From Nitrospirota bacterium (GTDB taxonomy: Bacteria; Nitrospirota; UBA9217), in the NCBI GenBank assembly GCA_963754875.1, contig CAVWHO010000020.1, positions 160,001-224,000 on the forward strand: 64,000 nucleotides of DNA, in the 5' to 3' direction. Of this stretch, positions 17,858-27,674 are shown piece by piece; position 1 is the stretch's first letter; each line of letters begins with the position of its first letter. The translations under genes were made by a program, and so were the position numbers. The notes under the pieces were generated by a model. The model did no database searches, had not been told where the DNA came from, and worked only from the letters and a program-made list of their open reading frames with translations.

Positions 17858-18970
17858 TCATATTTGCGGCGGTCCTTTGCAGCGCGCGGGCTGCATGATC
17901 TCGATGGTACGCATTGTTCGTTCGCCGCAGGCAGGGCATTTGGCGACGTCGATGCCGGCGATCCTGAGCAGGGATTCCTGCCACGTCTCGGTTTTCTGTT
18001 CCCCCTTGTTCTGCTCGGCGCAGGCTAGAAGCTCCCTGCAGCGATCGAGTTTCTTCTTACGGCATCTGTTGCCCAACAAACCGTAGTGCCTGATCTTCAC
18101 GAACCTGTCGGGAAGGACGTGAAGCAGGAACCGCCTGATGAACTCATCGGGCTTAAGAGGCATGATTTTGGTTTTGTTGTTATCGGCGTAGTCGCGCCAC
18201 CGGAAGGAAACTTCGTCTTTATCGATCTTCACGAGCCGGTGATTGCTGATCGCGATACGGTGAGTGTACCTGCCGAGATATTCAAGAACACCCTTGGTTC
18301 CGTCGAACGGCGGCTTGCAGTAAACGACCCATTTCTTCTTGTACAGATCGGTGATCAAAGCCTTGAATGCCCCCGGCGACGCAAAATGGCTTACGGCGCC
18401 GGGGTAAATGAGTTTATTTTCGGCACGGAGCTTTTCCAGATAAGCAATAAATTTTCCCCGAAAGAGCTTCGACATCACTTTGACCGGGAGGAAGAAGTCA
18501 TTCTTGCATGACTTCCATTTCCGTCCATCACGGGACAAGCCTCCGCCGGTGACGATGTTGTGGAGGTGCGGATGGTCCATGAGATTCTGTCCCCACGTGT
18601 GTAGGATCGAGATAAACCCGATGTCAGCGCCAAGATGCTTCCGGTTTTCCGAGAGCTGGGCCAGGGTTTCTGAGGCGGACTTGAACAGGATTCCGTAGAG
18701 AACTTCCTGATTCCGGAGCACCAGAGGATTGAGAAGATCGGGGAGGGTGAAGATAACATGGAAGTACGGGATGGGAAGCAGATCTTTCTCCCGAGCCTCT
18801 ATCCACTGCTCTTTTTTGAGGAACTGGCACTTGGGACAATGCCGGTTTCTGCAGGAGTTGTACGAGATCACTTTCGTTCCGCAGTGCTCGCACTCGTCCA
18901 CGTGGCCGCCTTGGTCGGCGGTACGGCAGGTTTCAATCGCCCGCATGGCGCGAAGACGATTCAAGGGCAT
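17858..18970 (-). CDS. IS91-family rolling-circle (Y2 HUH) transposase
   Basis: YNSCRNRHCPKCQ Zn finger, HVIFTLP, HTWGQNLMDHPHLH, YLGRY; homology (EVADIFRRYG) extends upstream to ~19045 without an ATG. Confidence 0.92.
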   Translation of the reverse strand: MPLNRLRAMRAIETCRTADQGGHVDECEHCGTKVISYNSCRNRHCPKCQFLKKEQWIEAREKDLLPIPYFHVIFTLPDLLNPLVLRNQEVLYGILFKSASETLAQLSENRKHLGADIGFISILHTWGQNLMDHPHLHNIVTGGGLSRDGRKWKSCKNDFFLPVKVMSKLFRGKFIAYLEKLRAENKLIYPGAVSHFASPGAFKALITDLYKKKWVVYCKPPFDGTKGVLEYLGRYTHRIAISNHRLVKIDKDEVSFRWRDYADNNKTKIMPLKPDEFIRRFLLHVLPDRFVKIRHYGLLGNRCRKKKLDRCRELLACAEQNKGEQKTETWQESLLRIAGIDVAKCPACGERTMRTIEIMQPARCKGPPQI

Positions 18971-19072
18971 GGGATGAGCGTTCCGGTAAAGAGGACCGTA
19001 CCGGCGAAAGATGTCCGCGACTTCGATCTGTCGGCTATCTCGCGTCTACACGGCGGGTGTCGCGTGTGCAGG

Positions 19073-19255
19073 CTACGAGGGTTGCGAAGGATTTGAGAAG
19101 GGGCCTAAGTCCAGAGGGCTCACGATTTTCGAGAGGTTCTTTTTGCTCACGTGGAGATAAATGGTGGTCGTTCTCACCGACGCATGGCCGAGCAGAAGCT
19201 GAATATAGTGCAGATCAGCTCCCGACTCCAGCAGGTGTGTGGCGAAGCTGTGGCG
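19073..19255 (-). pseudogene. C-terminal fragment of the IS91-associated tyrosine recombinase
   Basis: [33 protein letters not shown]...SPLD directly upstream of IS91 tnp. Confidence 0.85.
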
Positions 19256-19282
19256 GCTATTCCGCATGCGGAATAGCCGCCA
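19251..19282. repeat. Perfect 32-bp palindrome joining two recombinase fragments
   Basis: TGGCGGCTATTCCGCA|TGCGGAATAGCCGCCA. Confidence 0.95.
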
Positions 19283-19433
19283 TTCATTTGCCACCCACCT
19301 TTTGCAGGCCGGCTATGACCTCCGCACGATCCAGGAACTGCTCGGGCACGCCGATATCCGGACGACGATGATCTACACCCACTGCGTGCCGAGCAAAACA
19401 TTGAAAGAGATGAAGATCCCGTTGGATTTCTAG
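19278..19433 (+). pseudogene. intI: C-terminal fragment of integron integrase
   Basis: [35 protein letters not shown]...PLDF, IntI-style box II, divergent from attC array; IntI-specific insertion not present to confirm. Confidence 0.75.
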
Positions 19434-19967
19434 GAAGGGAACATACGACTGAAGCTTGTGAACCGCGATGGCGACAGTTTATGCCGTGCCATGACAATAA
19501 CAGGGAACAGGGTACTTTCGTGCAGAAAACGAATATGTGGTTCTCTGTGCGGGATAATGAGTAGTTGAATTTTATCATGAATCGGATTATCATTGCTTAC
19601 TATCATTCGTATCAGCATTTAACTGGAAAAACTTTTAATTGTGCATTATCAAAAACCATCAGTTAACGGCTCACGTTTTGATCGATTTCATTTCATACTG
19701 CAATGCTGTTTACGCAATCCTTACGTTTTCTTTCATTAATGAAATATTCCTTTAAAGTTATTCGTCGTTTATGCCGATAAGTTAGATGAAGTGCGCGAGG
19801 TGCTTTTGCTCGAACAGGATGATCGGACGAGGCATTCAAGATGTCTGAATTCATTGTTTCTTTGCTCAAAAAAACATCCTCTTCGGTTGACAACTAAACA
19901 AAATGATGCTTAATTCCAGTCATCTGTTTTTTTATTTATTTAAAATCAATCGAGCCGGAGGTCGTAC

Positions 19968-20813
19968 ATGTATATTGTATTCCTCATCGCTGTAACTATG
20001 GGACTTATAGGCACCGCAGCCTACTTCTCGGTGTTCGGCATTGCCAGCATGTTCGCCTACAACTACATACCGGCCATGATCATGGGCATCACGCTCGAGG
20101 CGAGCAAGATCGGGGTTGCCGTTTACCTGTTTCGCTATTGGACGTTCATGTCCCGTCTGTTTAAAACGATTCTTATCGTATTTCTGGTGTCCCTCATGTT
20201 CATCACTTCTGTCGGCATTTTCGGCTTCCTGAGCCAGGGCTATCAGAAGACATCGGAGGATTTTAATCTCCTGTCCCTGGAACTGAAGAACCTCGAGGAT
20301 GACTATAAAGTCAAAACAGCCCGTTTGGAGGACATTAATTCTCAGATCGCCCTTCTTCCTGCTCAATCGGTAACCAACAAGATCCGCCTGTCCCGGGAGT
20401 TCAGCGACGAACAGGCCGAGATCCGGGACCGGCTGGCGGTGATCGGGCCGAAGGTCCAGGAACTGAAAGTCAAACGGCTCGCCTTTGAAACCCACATCGG
20501 TCCCATTGCGTATGTGGCCCGCATGCTGAAAGCGCCCCAGGACACGGTCGTCTTTTTTGCGATCCTGATGCTGGTGTTTGTCGCCGATCCTCTGGCCATC
20601 ACGCTCACGATTGCGAGCAATATGGTCCTCATCCGCTATTGGGAGCATGCCCGGCCGCAAGCCTCCAACCAGGCGTTCAAGTCTCCCATGGTGTTCAACA
20701 ATATCCTGAACCGGGTGCAGACCATGGCAAAGGAATCCTATGAGCACACGTTCAAGAAGAAGCGGGTCCGCAAAAAAGCCGCCAAGACCAAGACGAGCAG
20801 AAAAAAGAAATAG
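19968..20813 (+). CDS. Membrane protein with TM-coiled coil-TM layout (DUF4407-like)
   Basis: Three N-terminal TMs, ITSVGIFGFLS, coiled coil, GPIAYVA...VFVADPLAI, basic tail. Confidence 0.7.
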   Translation: MYIVFLIAVTMGLIGTAAYFSVFGIASMFAYNYIPAMIMGITLEASKIGVAVYLFRYWTFMSRLFKTILIVFLVSLMFITSVGIFGFLSQGYQKTSEDFNLLSLELKNLEDDYKVKTARLEDINSQIALLPAQSVTNKIRLSREFSDEQAEIRDRLAVIGPKVQELKVKRLAFETHIGPIAYVARMLKAPQDTVVFFAILMLVFVADPLAITLTIASNMVLIRYWEHARPQASNQAFKSPMVFNNILNRVQTMAKESYEHTFKKKRVRKKAAKTKTSRKKK

Positions 20814-20834
20814 AAAAGGGAAGGCGGAGAATTC

Positions 20835-21542
20835 ATGAGGAAACTGCTGAGTATTGTTCTTCTCCTGACCGCGGCAGGCTGCGCCACAACACTCCGCGCA
20901 CCGGAACCGGCGCCCCCGGAAACTGCTCAGGCGCCGCAGACGGTTCGTATCGAACCGGCGCCAGTGCCGCCTCTCGAAAAACCGGCCGCAATAATCACAG
21001 AACCTGCGTCACCTGTGCCAGGACACGGGGCGTCCCGGCCGCTTGCCGGGGAAAAAGAAAAACCGGAGCATCATCCTGCAACGGCCCGGAAGCCTGGAGA
21101 TCAGGCACAACCTCCCGTCGTCGCATCGAAACAACCGGGGACGCCGGCTGTAGAACAGAGAACAAGGCCCTCTGAGGAGTTACGGGAAAAACCCGTGCCT
21201 GACCATAAACTGCGGCCCCTGGCTGAGTTTGCCGCTGCCAACGACGATAAATTAATGAACGTGTACGTGGGAATGTATAAGAAGACCGTGGAGACGATCA
21301 TGGGCCCGGACCGCCGCAATCCTTACCGGAAGACGACGATCACGGGTAGAGAAGACCAGGTTTACGAGGTCCTGTTCTACCTCACGAGGGAACCGCGCCA
21401 GGGCAAGCCGATAACAGACCGGATGCTGTCGCCGGTCATTTTCAGGAAAGGCCGTGTTGTGGCAATGGGAAACTATAAGCTCAAAAAGCTGATACGCGAC
21501 GGAACGCTTGAGCGCCGGAGACCGGTGCTGAGCGTTCAATAA
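20835..21542 (+). CDS. Lipoprotein, Pro-rich linker, DUF3192-like C-terminus
   Basis: Lipobox AAGC; YEVLFYLT...PVIF..GRVV. Confidence 0.7.
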   Translation: MRKLLSIVLLLTAAGCATTLRAPEPAPPETAQAPQTVRIEPAPVPPLEKPAAIITEPASPVPGHGASRPLAGEKEKPEHHPATARKPGDQAQPPVVASKQPGTPAVEQRTRPSEELREKPVPDHKLRPLAEFAAANDDKLMNVYVGMYKKTVETIMGPDRRNPYRKTTITGREDQVYEVLFYLTREPRQGKPITDRMLSPVIFRKGRVVAMGNYKLKKLIRDGTLERRRPVLSVQ

Positions 21543-21559
21543 TAAGCTTACGAAAAATT

Positions 21560-21596
21560 AAAAAGGCTGGGGATTAAACACCCCCAACCTTTTTTT
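21560..21596. terminator. Probable bidirectional intrinsic terminator
   Basis: AAAAAGGCTGGGG...CCCCAACCTTTTTTT between convergent genes. Confidence 0.65.
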
Positions 21597-21741
21597 ATTT
21601 TACTGCAGCAACGTCTCTTCCTCAATTTCTGAGATACTTCTCATAAAAAAAATTAGAATCAATTCCACAGGAGTAAAAGTCATTTTTTTGCGTCTCTGCG
21701 GCAAAAAAGGGTCTTGACGTGAAGTCCAAATAAACGGGCCT

Positions 21742-23106
21742 TTATGAGATCCCGAGTTTTTTCCTGAGTGTCAACCTGTTGATGCCAAGCAGCCTGGCGG
21801 TCTCGGACTGGTTCTCCCGTGTATGAGACAGGAGATAGGCGAACACATGCCGGTCCACTTCGGTATGGACCTTGTCATAGATGTTTTTCTCCTTGTTGTC
21901 GAGCGCTTTTTTTACAAAGGGGACGAGTACGGCTGCAAGGGCGTCTGCATCGCCTGCCGGGGGCCTTGCCGTGGAATGCGAACCCAGGTCCCTCAGTTCC
22001 TGCGTAGTCAGGTAGTCTGTTTTGCAAAGGGCGATTGCCGACCGGAGGGTGTTTTCCAGCTCGCGAATGTTGCCCGGCCAGTCATAGGTGAGAAGCCGGT
22101 CCATGAAGGCCTTGGTCACTCCCTTGATCGGCTTCTGCGCCGTATGGGCATGGCGGTAGAACAGGCACTGGACCAGCGGCGCGATGTCCTTCTTGCGTTC
22201 GCGAAGCGGCGGCACGTGGATCGATGCGACGCGGAGCCGGTGATAAAGGTCTTCCCGGAACTTTCCTTCGCGCACCATGTCGGCAAGGTCGCGGTTCGTT
22301 GCCGAGATCACGCGTACGTTCACCTGTACCTCTTTCGTGCTGCCCACAGGATAAAATGTCTGGGTCTGAAGAAAGCGCAGGAGCTTTCCCTGGAGCTGCA
22401 GCGGAAGCTCTCCGATCTCGTCGAAGAACACGGAGCCTCCGTCGGCAGCTTTGAGCATGCCTTCTTTGGAGGCCACGGCGCCGGTGAATGCTCCGCGTTC
22501 ATGGCCGAAGAGTTCCGATTCAAGCAAAGTGTCGGGCACGGCAGCTGAATTGATGACAACGAAGGGTTTGCCGAAGCGAAAAGAAAGCTGCGCAATCGCC
22601 TCGGCTACCAGTTCCTTTCCGGTGCCCGTCTCACCGGTGACGAGAACGGGGACCTCGACCTGAGCGATGCGCGCGATTTTTTCGCACAGGCTCATGACGA
22701 GCGTGGACCTGCCCACGATGACACACGTTGCGGCAGGCGCCAGCAGGTCCTTCGATATCGTTACGGTGTGCTCCATTTCCGTGGTGAGCCCCTGCAGCTC
22801 CGCCAGGAGCCGCTCGAACCGCTCCTTCCTGAGCGGCCTCCGCATGATTTCATAGGCGCCCCACGTGGCGGCCTCCATGACCGGACCGGTCCGTTCCTGG
22901 TCCGTGATAGCGATGACGAACGTCCGTTCGCTGTATCCCTTGATCACCTGGGCATCAATCGAATCGAGGTCCACAAGAACGAAATATTCATCCCGGCCGG
23001 AGATCCCCGACTTACGGCCGGTCGTCAGCTTGTACCCTTTCGGCAGGATGGCGGAAACCTCCTGCTCCAGAGACTGGTCTTTCGTCAACAGCAGCACTTT
23101 TTTCAT
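21742..23106 (-). CDS. Sigma-54-dependent activator (degenerate REC, AAA+, Fis HTH)
   Basis: GETGTGKE, ESELFGHERGAFTGA, WPGNIRELEN, TARLLGINRLTLRKK. Confidence 0.92.
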   Translation of the reverse strand: MKKVLLLTKDQSLEQEVSAILPKGYKLTTGRKSGISGRDEYFVLVDLDSIDAQVIKGYSERTFVIAITDQERTGPVMEAATWGAYEIMRRPLRKERFERLLAELQGLTTEMEHTVTISKDLLAPAATCVIVGRSTLVMSLCEKIARIAQVEVPVLVTGETGTGKELVAEAIAQLSFRFGKPFVVINSAAVPDTLLESELFGHERGAFTGAVASKEGMLKAADGGSVFFDEIGELPLQLQGKLLRFLQTQTFYPVGSTKEVQVNVRVISATNRDLADMVREGKFREDLYHRLRVASIHVPPLRERKKDIAPLVQCLFYRHAHTAQKPIKGVTKAFMDRLLTYDWPGNIRELENTLRSAIALCKTDYLTTQELRDLGSHSTARPPAGDADALAAVLVPFVKKALDNKEKNIYDKVHTEVDRHVFAYLLSHTRENQSETARLLGINRLTLRKKLGIS

Positions 23107-23445
23107 AGCGCCTCCCTAATGTTTAAATAATATACAGTATGTATATTTATAAATCAATTCTTTTTCTTTATTGCCTAGCCGGAACCAACGTTTTGGTTGC
23201 AACAGTGTGCCGTCGTCCGGACGCGATATCTCGCAGGTTGATCCACACTTTATTTCCTTTACGCATTATTACCGTTTAACTCCATCACGAGTTCGATATC
23301 TGTTATTTTCTGGCCTGTCCTGAATTGTTCTGCACTTTATTATTCAGCATATGGACACTAGTAATCGGGTTTCGTGGGGAAATGTTATAGTAATTATGAG
23401 GGCTCTTTTCAATGCGAGTGACATCTGATTGAGTGGAGGATTGAC

Positions 23446-24387
23446 ATGTTTGGATGCAGAACCATTTTGGGGTTTGTTCTCGCGTGCATTATCGGCTTGA
23501 CCGGATGCAATGGAAAAGAAGCGCCGCGAAAAATTAGTCTTGAAAAGCGCCAAGAGACGCCCCGTCAAATTGATCTTCGGGAGCTGCATCTCCGCATCGC
23601 CGTCGGAGGCATGATCACCCCAAAGGCCGGGTACGGGTATTACCGGCAGTTTTTGGACTACATCGGCGAAAAGGTCGGCATGCAGGTGGATTTTGTGGAC
23701 CGCGATAATTATGCGGAGATCAACAAGCTGGTCAATACCGGCAACGTTGATGTCGCCTTTGTCTGCGGCGGCCCTTATGTGATAGGGCATGATAAATTCG
23801 GCATGGAGCTCCTGGCAGCGCCTCAGGCCTACGGCAAGACTGTCTACTATTCCTATATCATCGTTAACAGAGACAGTACCATAAGCGGGTTCGAAGGTTT
23901 GCGAGGAAAAAGCTTTGCCTTTACCGATCCTCTTTCCAACTCAGGCACGCTCGTGCCCACCTATATGCTTGCGCGGATGCATGAAACACCAAACACCTAT
24001 TTCAGCAAAACCATCTTCACACAGACCCACGATAAATCAATCAAGGCTGTTGCGCAGGGAATCGTGGACGGTGCGTCGGTGGACAGCCTCATCTGGGAAT
24101 ATGAGAACCGCGCGGATCCGGAATTTACTTCCCGGACAAGAATCATTAAAAAGTCTCTCCCCTACGGCATCCCGCCCGTTGTCGTTCGTCCGGGTTTAGA
24201 CCCCAAATTGAAGGAACAAATTCGTGTGGTCTTACTGAACGCCCATCATGATCCTAAAGGAAAGGCAATTCTGGCGGGCATGATGATCGATAAGTTCGTT
24301 CCTATCGGGGACAGCGCTTACGACTCCATCAGGGAAATGGATAAATGGATCGCGGACCATAGAGAAAAAGGAAACAAAAAACCGTAA
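23446..24387 (+). CDS. PhnD-like phosphate/phosphonate-type substrate-binding lipoprotein
   Basis: Lipobox LTGC; YYSYIIV, FAFTDPLSNSG, HDKSIKAVAQG. Confidence 0.85.
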   Translation: MFGCRTILGFVLACIIGLTGCNGKEAPRKISLEKRQETPRQIDLRELHLRIAVGGMITPKAGYGYYRQFLDYIGEKVGMQVDFVDRDNYAEINKLVNTGNVDVAFVCGGPYVIGHDKFGMELLAAPQAYGKTVYYSYIIVNRDSTISGFEGLRGKSFAFTDPLSNSGTLVPTYMLARMHETPNTYFSKTIFTQTHDKSIKAVAQGIVDGASVDSLIWEYENRADPEFTSRTRIIKKSLPYGIPPVVVRPGLDPKLKEQIRVVLLNAHHDPKGKAILAGMMIDKFVPIGDSAYDSIREMDKWIADHREKGNKKP

Positions 24388-24392
24388 GCATT

Positions 24393-25727
24393 ATGCAATC
24401 ACTTCGACTCAAGACAAAATTTTTTATCGGAACGATCAGCATCGTCGTGCTCCTTGGCCTGGCGATGATCCTGTTTGTCGAGATTGTCGTGTATAAACAG
24501 TTGTATGCCAATCTTGAAAAAAGGGGCATATTCATGGCCCGCAAGATCGCAACGGACAGCATTGACCCCATTTTGACGGAAAAGTTTTTTGAGCTCCAGA
24601 TGCTGATCAAGGACCAGAAAAACGCGGAAGATGATATAGAATATATTTTCGTTCAGAATGCACGAGGCGACGTCCTTGCGCACACGTTTGAACAGGGGTT
24701 CCCTGAAGACCTGCGACAGTTGGATGGCACCGGCAACGGCCGTACCAACGAAATCCAGCGTCTCTCCACCGAGCGGGGCGTAATCCTCGATTTCCCTTCT
24801 CCACTGCTCAATGGTACGATCGGTCGGCTGCACTTGGGGCTCTCGGAAGGGCCTGTCAGGGCAGGTGTGAATAAAGTCGTGGTTCTGTTGATGTGGACCA
24901 TCGTTGCTGTGCTGATCCTCGGCGGAGGATCGGCCGTGGTCCTTGCCAGGTCGATAACAAAGCCGGTCCACCTCCTTGCCGTTGCAGCCCAGTCCCTCGA
25001 GCACGGCAATCTTAACACCAGGGTTCCGGTCCGCACACAGGACGAGGTAGGACAGCTGGCAATGGCCTTCAACAGGATGGCCGAGACCTTGATGTTTGTA
25101 AATGATGCTCTTAGTGCCGGTGAAAAAAAGCTACGGGATATCACGTCGCATCTGGCGGAAGGACTCTATGTGATGGACTTGAACGGGAAGATCACGTTTA
25201 TGAATCCGGAGGCTGCGAATCTTCTGGGACGGAGCATGGACGAACTGAATGAGGGCGGACATTTTCTCATTCATAACCGAAAAGCCGATGGAACGCCGTT
25301 GCCGCTGGAAGAGTGCCGGATGCATAACGTCATCCGTACCGGGATACGATTCGTTTCGACAGAGGAAGTGTTTACCCGAAAGGACGGTACGGTCTTTCCG
25401 ATAGCCGTTGTCAGCAGTCCCCTTTTTGAAGAAGGGAAAATTGTGGGGTCCGTGACAGCTTTCCGGGACATCAGCAGGCAGAAAGAGCTGGAGCAGGACC
25501 GGGACCAGTTGATTCTCGCCTACCGGGATGCCCTTGAACGCGTCAAGACCTTGAAAGGATTCATTCCGATCTGTTCTTCCTGCAAAAAAATCCGCAACGA
25601 CAGCGGATTCTGGAGCCAGATCGAAGCATATATCAGCGAGCATTCAGATGTGGAGTTCAGTCACGGCATTTGTCCGGATTGTGCGCAAAAGCTTTATCCC
25701 GAATTTTACAAAGAAAAAGATCCTTAG
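24393..25727 (+). CDS. Membrane sensor: 2TM-HAMP-PAS with C-terminal Cys-rich domain, no kinase domain
   Basis: DEVGQLAMAFNRM HAMP, PAS/PAC, LKGFIPICSSCKKIR...SHGICPDC. Confidence 0.85.
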   Translation: MQSLRLKTKFFIGTISIVVLLGLAMILFVEIVVYKQLYANLEKRGIFMARKIATDSIDPILTEKFFELQMLIKDQKNAEDDIEYIFVQNARGDVLAHTFEQGFPEDLRQLDGTGNGRTNEIQRLSTERGVILDFPSPLLNGTIGRLHLGLSEGPVRAGVNKVVVLLMWTIVAVLILGGGSAVVLARSITKPVHLLAVAAQSLEHGNLNTRVPVRTQDEVGQLAMAFNRMAETLMFVNDALSAGEKKLRDITSHLAEGLYVMDLNGKITFMNPEAANLLGRSMDELNEGGHFLIHNRKADGTPLPLEECRMHNVIRTGIRFVSTEEVFTRKDGTVFPIAVVSSPLFEEGKIVGSVTAFRDISRQKELEQDRDQLILAYRDALERVKTLKGFIPICSSCKKIRNDSGFWSQIEAYISEHSDVEFSHGICPDCAQKLYPEFYKEKDP

Positions 25728-25993
25728 CCTTGGACTTCTTGACCATGAAATAATCATGTCCAGATGCGCTGTTATTATCACTAAGCCACGGGGCCCGTCT
25801 GTGTTCCACGTCATGCTGCTTTTTCCCGCCTCGCCATCTTCGTTGTCATTGCAAGATGCTTCGAGATAAAGGACGTTTCCGATGCCGGCATTTGCTTTGT
25901 TCGACAGAATGTGATATTAATCGAATAGGGCAGGGTATGAAACAGGACCTGTGTCTCTTTCCGTCTTTCAAACTGGGGGGAGGTATCCATATC

Positions 25994-27616
25994 ATGAAGG
26001 CGTCGGACTTGCTTGTCAAATGTCTCGAAAATGAAGGTGTGGAGTATATCTTCGGCATTCCCGGCGAAGAAACACTCGACCTCATGGAGTCGCTCAGGAC
26101 CTCTCCCATAAAATTTATCATCACCCGTCATGAACAAGCCGCGGCCTTTATGGCGGACGCGTACGGCCGGCTTACCGGCAGGGCCGGGGTCTGCATTGCG
26201 ACGCTGGGACCGGGCGCTACAAACCTTTTGACGGGCGTAGCCGACGCCTATCTCGATGCTTCCCCCGTGGTCGCGATTACGGGACAGGCCGATCTCAAGC
26301 GGATCCACAAGGAATCGCATCAGTACATCAATATCGTCGATATTTACGAGAGCGTGACCAAGTGGAACGGCAGGATCGAGACGCCGGAAGTCATCCCCGA
26401 AATGGTACGGAAGGCCTTCAAACTTGCTGAAGCGGAAAAGCCGGGCCCTACGCACCTGGAGCTTCCCGAGAACATCGCCTCAATGAAAACGCATGAGATG
26501 TATGCGGCAATGATCCCGCCCATCAGGGCCAGGAGGAGCTCTCCTGACCGGCAGTCCCTCAGGAAAGCCGCTGATTTGATAGAGTCGGCAAATTTCCCCG
26601 TCATCCTGGCAGGTCACGGCATTGTTCGCAAGGCGGCAAACGCCCAACTCCAGCAGTTCGCCGAACTGCTGTGCGTCCCCGTGGTAACAACCTTCATGGG
26701 TAAGGGGGCGATCAGCGCTAAAAGCCCGGCCTGCATCGGAAGCCTCGGCCTCTCGAACGACCTCCAGATCGAGGACGTTTTCAGCCGCGCCGACCTCATC
26801 ATCGCCGCCGGGTACGGCCTCGTCGAATATGCTCCGAAAAACTGGAACCCGAAAATCGACAAGCGCATCATTCACATTGATTTCACGTCGAGCGAGGTCG
26901 ATCTCCACTACGTGCCCGAGGTCGAGATCGTTTCGGACATCCGGGAGAGCATTGAGCTCCTCGAGGGCATGCTCAGCACGAACAAGAAGAGCCAGTGCGC
27001 CATCGACCTCCATGCCAACTTCCGCGGGGAATTTGAACGCATCGGCTCGGAGAAGACCTGGCCCGTCCGGCCCCCGCAGGTGTTATACGGCATCAGGAAG
27101 GTGCTCGGAGATCCCGATATTTTGATCTCGGACGTGGGAACGTGCAAATTCTGGGCGGCGAAATTCTACCCCGTCTATGCCAACAATACGTTCATTTTGT
27201 CCAACGGATTCGCATCCATGGGGTTTTCCCTCCCGACAGCTATGGTAGCCAAGCTCGTGCACCCCGACCGCAAGGTGGTCGCCCTCTCCGGAGACGGCGG
27301 TTTTCTCATGAACCTGCAGGACCTCGAGACCGCGGTCCGGTTGAAGCTCAACATGGCCATTGTCGTTTTCAACGACAGCAGCTACAACCTGATCAAATGG
27401 AAATCCATGAAGAAGTTCGGCGCCTCCTATGGCGTCGATTTCACGAACCCTGATTTTATCAAGGTTGCCGACGGTTTCGGCGCCATCGGCATGAGGCTGA
27501 AAACAGCTGAAGACTTTGAGCCCATGCTCCGTGAGGCCCTGACCAGGGACGTGCCGGTCATCATTGACGTTCCGATCGATTATTCGGACAATGAACTTAT
27601 TTACAAACTCCTTTAG
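25994..27616 (+). CDS. Acetolactate synthase large subunit-like TPP enzyme
   Basis: IFGIPGEE, RHEQAAAFMA, TLGPGATN, GDGGFLMN. Confidence 0.92.
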   Translation: MKASDLLVKCLENEGVEYIFGIPGEETLDLMESLRTSPIKFIITRHEQAAAFMADAYGRLTGRAGVCIATLGPGATNLLTGVADAYLDASPVVAITGQADLKRIHKESHQYINIVDIYESVTKWNGRIETPEVIPEMVRKAFKLAEAEKPGPTHLELPENIASMKTHEMYAAMIPPIRARRSSPDRQSLRKAADLIESANFPVILAGHGIVRKAANAQLQQFAELLCVPVVTTFMGKGAISAKSPACIGSLGLSNDLQIEDVFSRADLIIAAGYGLVEYAPKNWNPKIDKRIIHIDFTSSEVDLHYVPEVEIVSDIRESIELLEGMLSTNKKSQCAIDLHANFRGEFERIGSEKTWPVRPPQVLYGIRKVLGDPDILISDVGTCKFWAAKFYPVYANNTFILSNGFASMGFSLPTAMVAKLVHPDRKVVALSGDGGFLMNLQDLETAVRLKLNMAIVVFNDSSYNLIKWKSMKKFGASYGVDFTNPDFIKVADGFGAIGMRLKTAEDFEPMLREALTRDVPVIIDVPIDYSDNELIYKLL

Positions 27617-27674
27617 AGTGAGCGTCGGGAATCATCAAAGAAATGACGCAAGAAGGCAAAGAGGTGCTTAAACC

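Larger units (their letters stand above)
2011..19433 (-). mobile_element. Sedentary integron: minus-strand gene cassette array with truncated, divergently oriented intI
   Basis: Co-oriented unrelated ORFs separated by AAC...GTT-bounded imperfect palindromes; matching core/inverse-core pairs per cassette; intI-like C-terminus on the opposite strand at 19278-19433. Confidence 0.88.
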
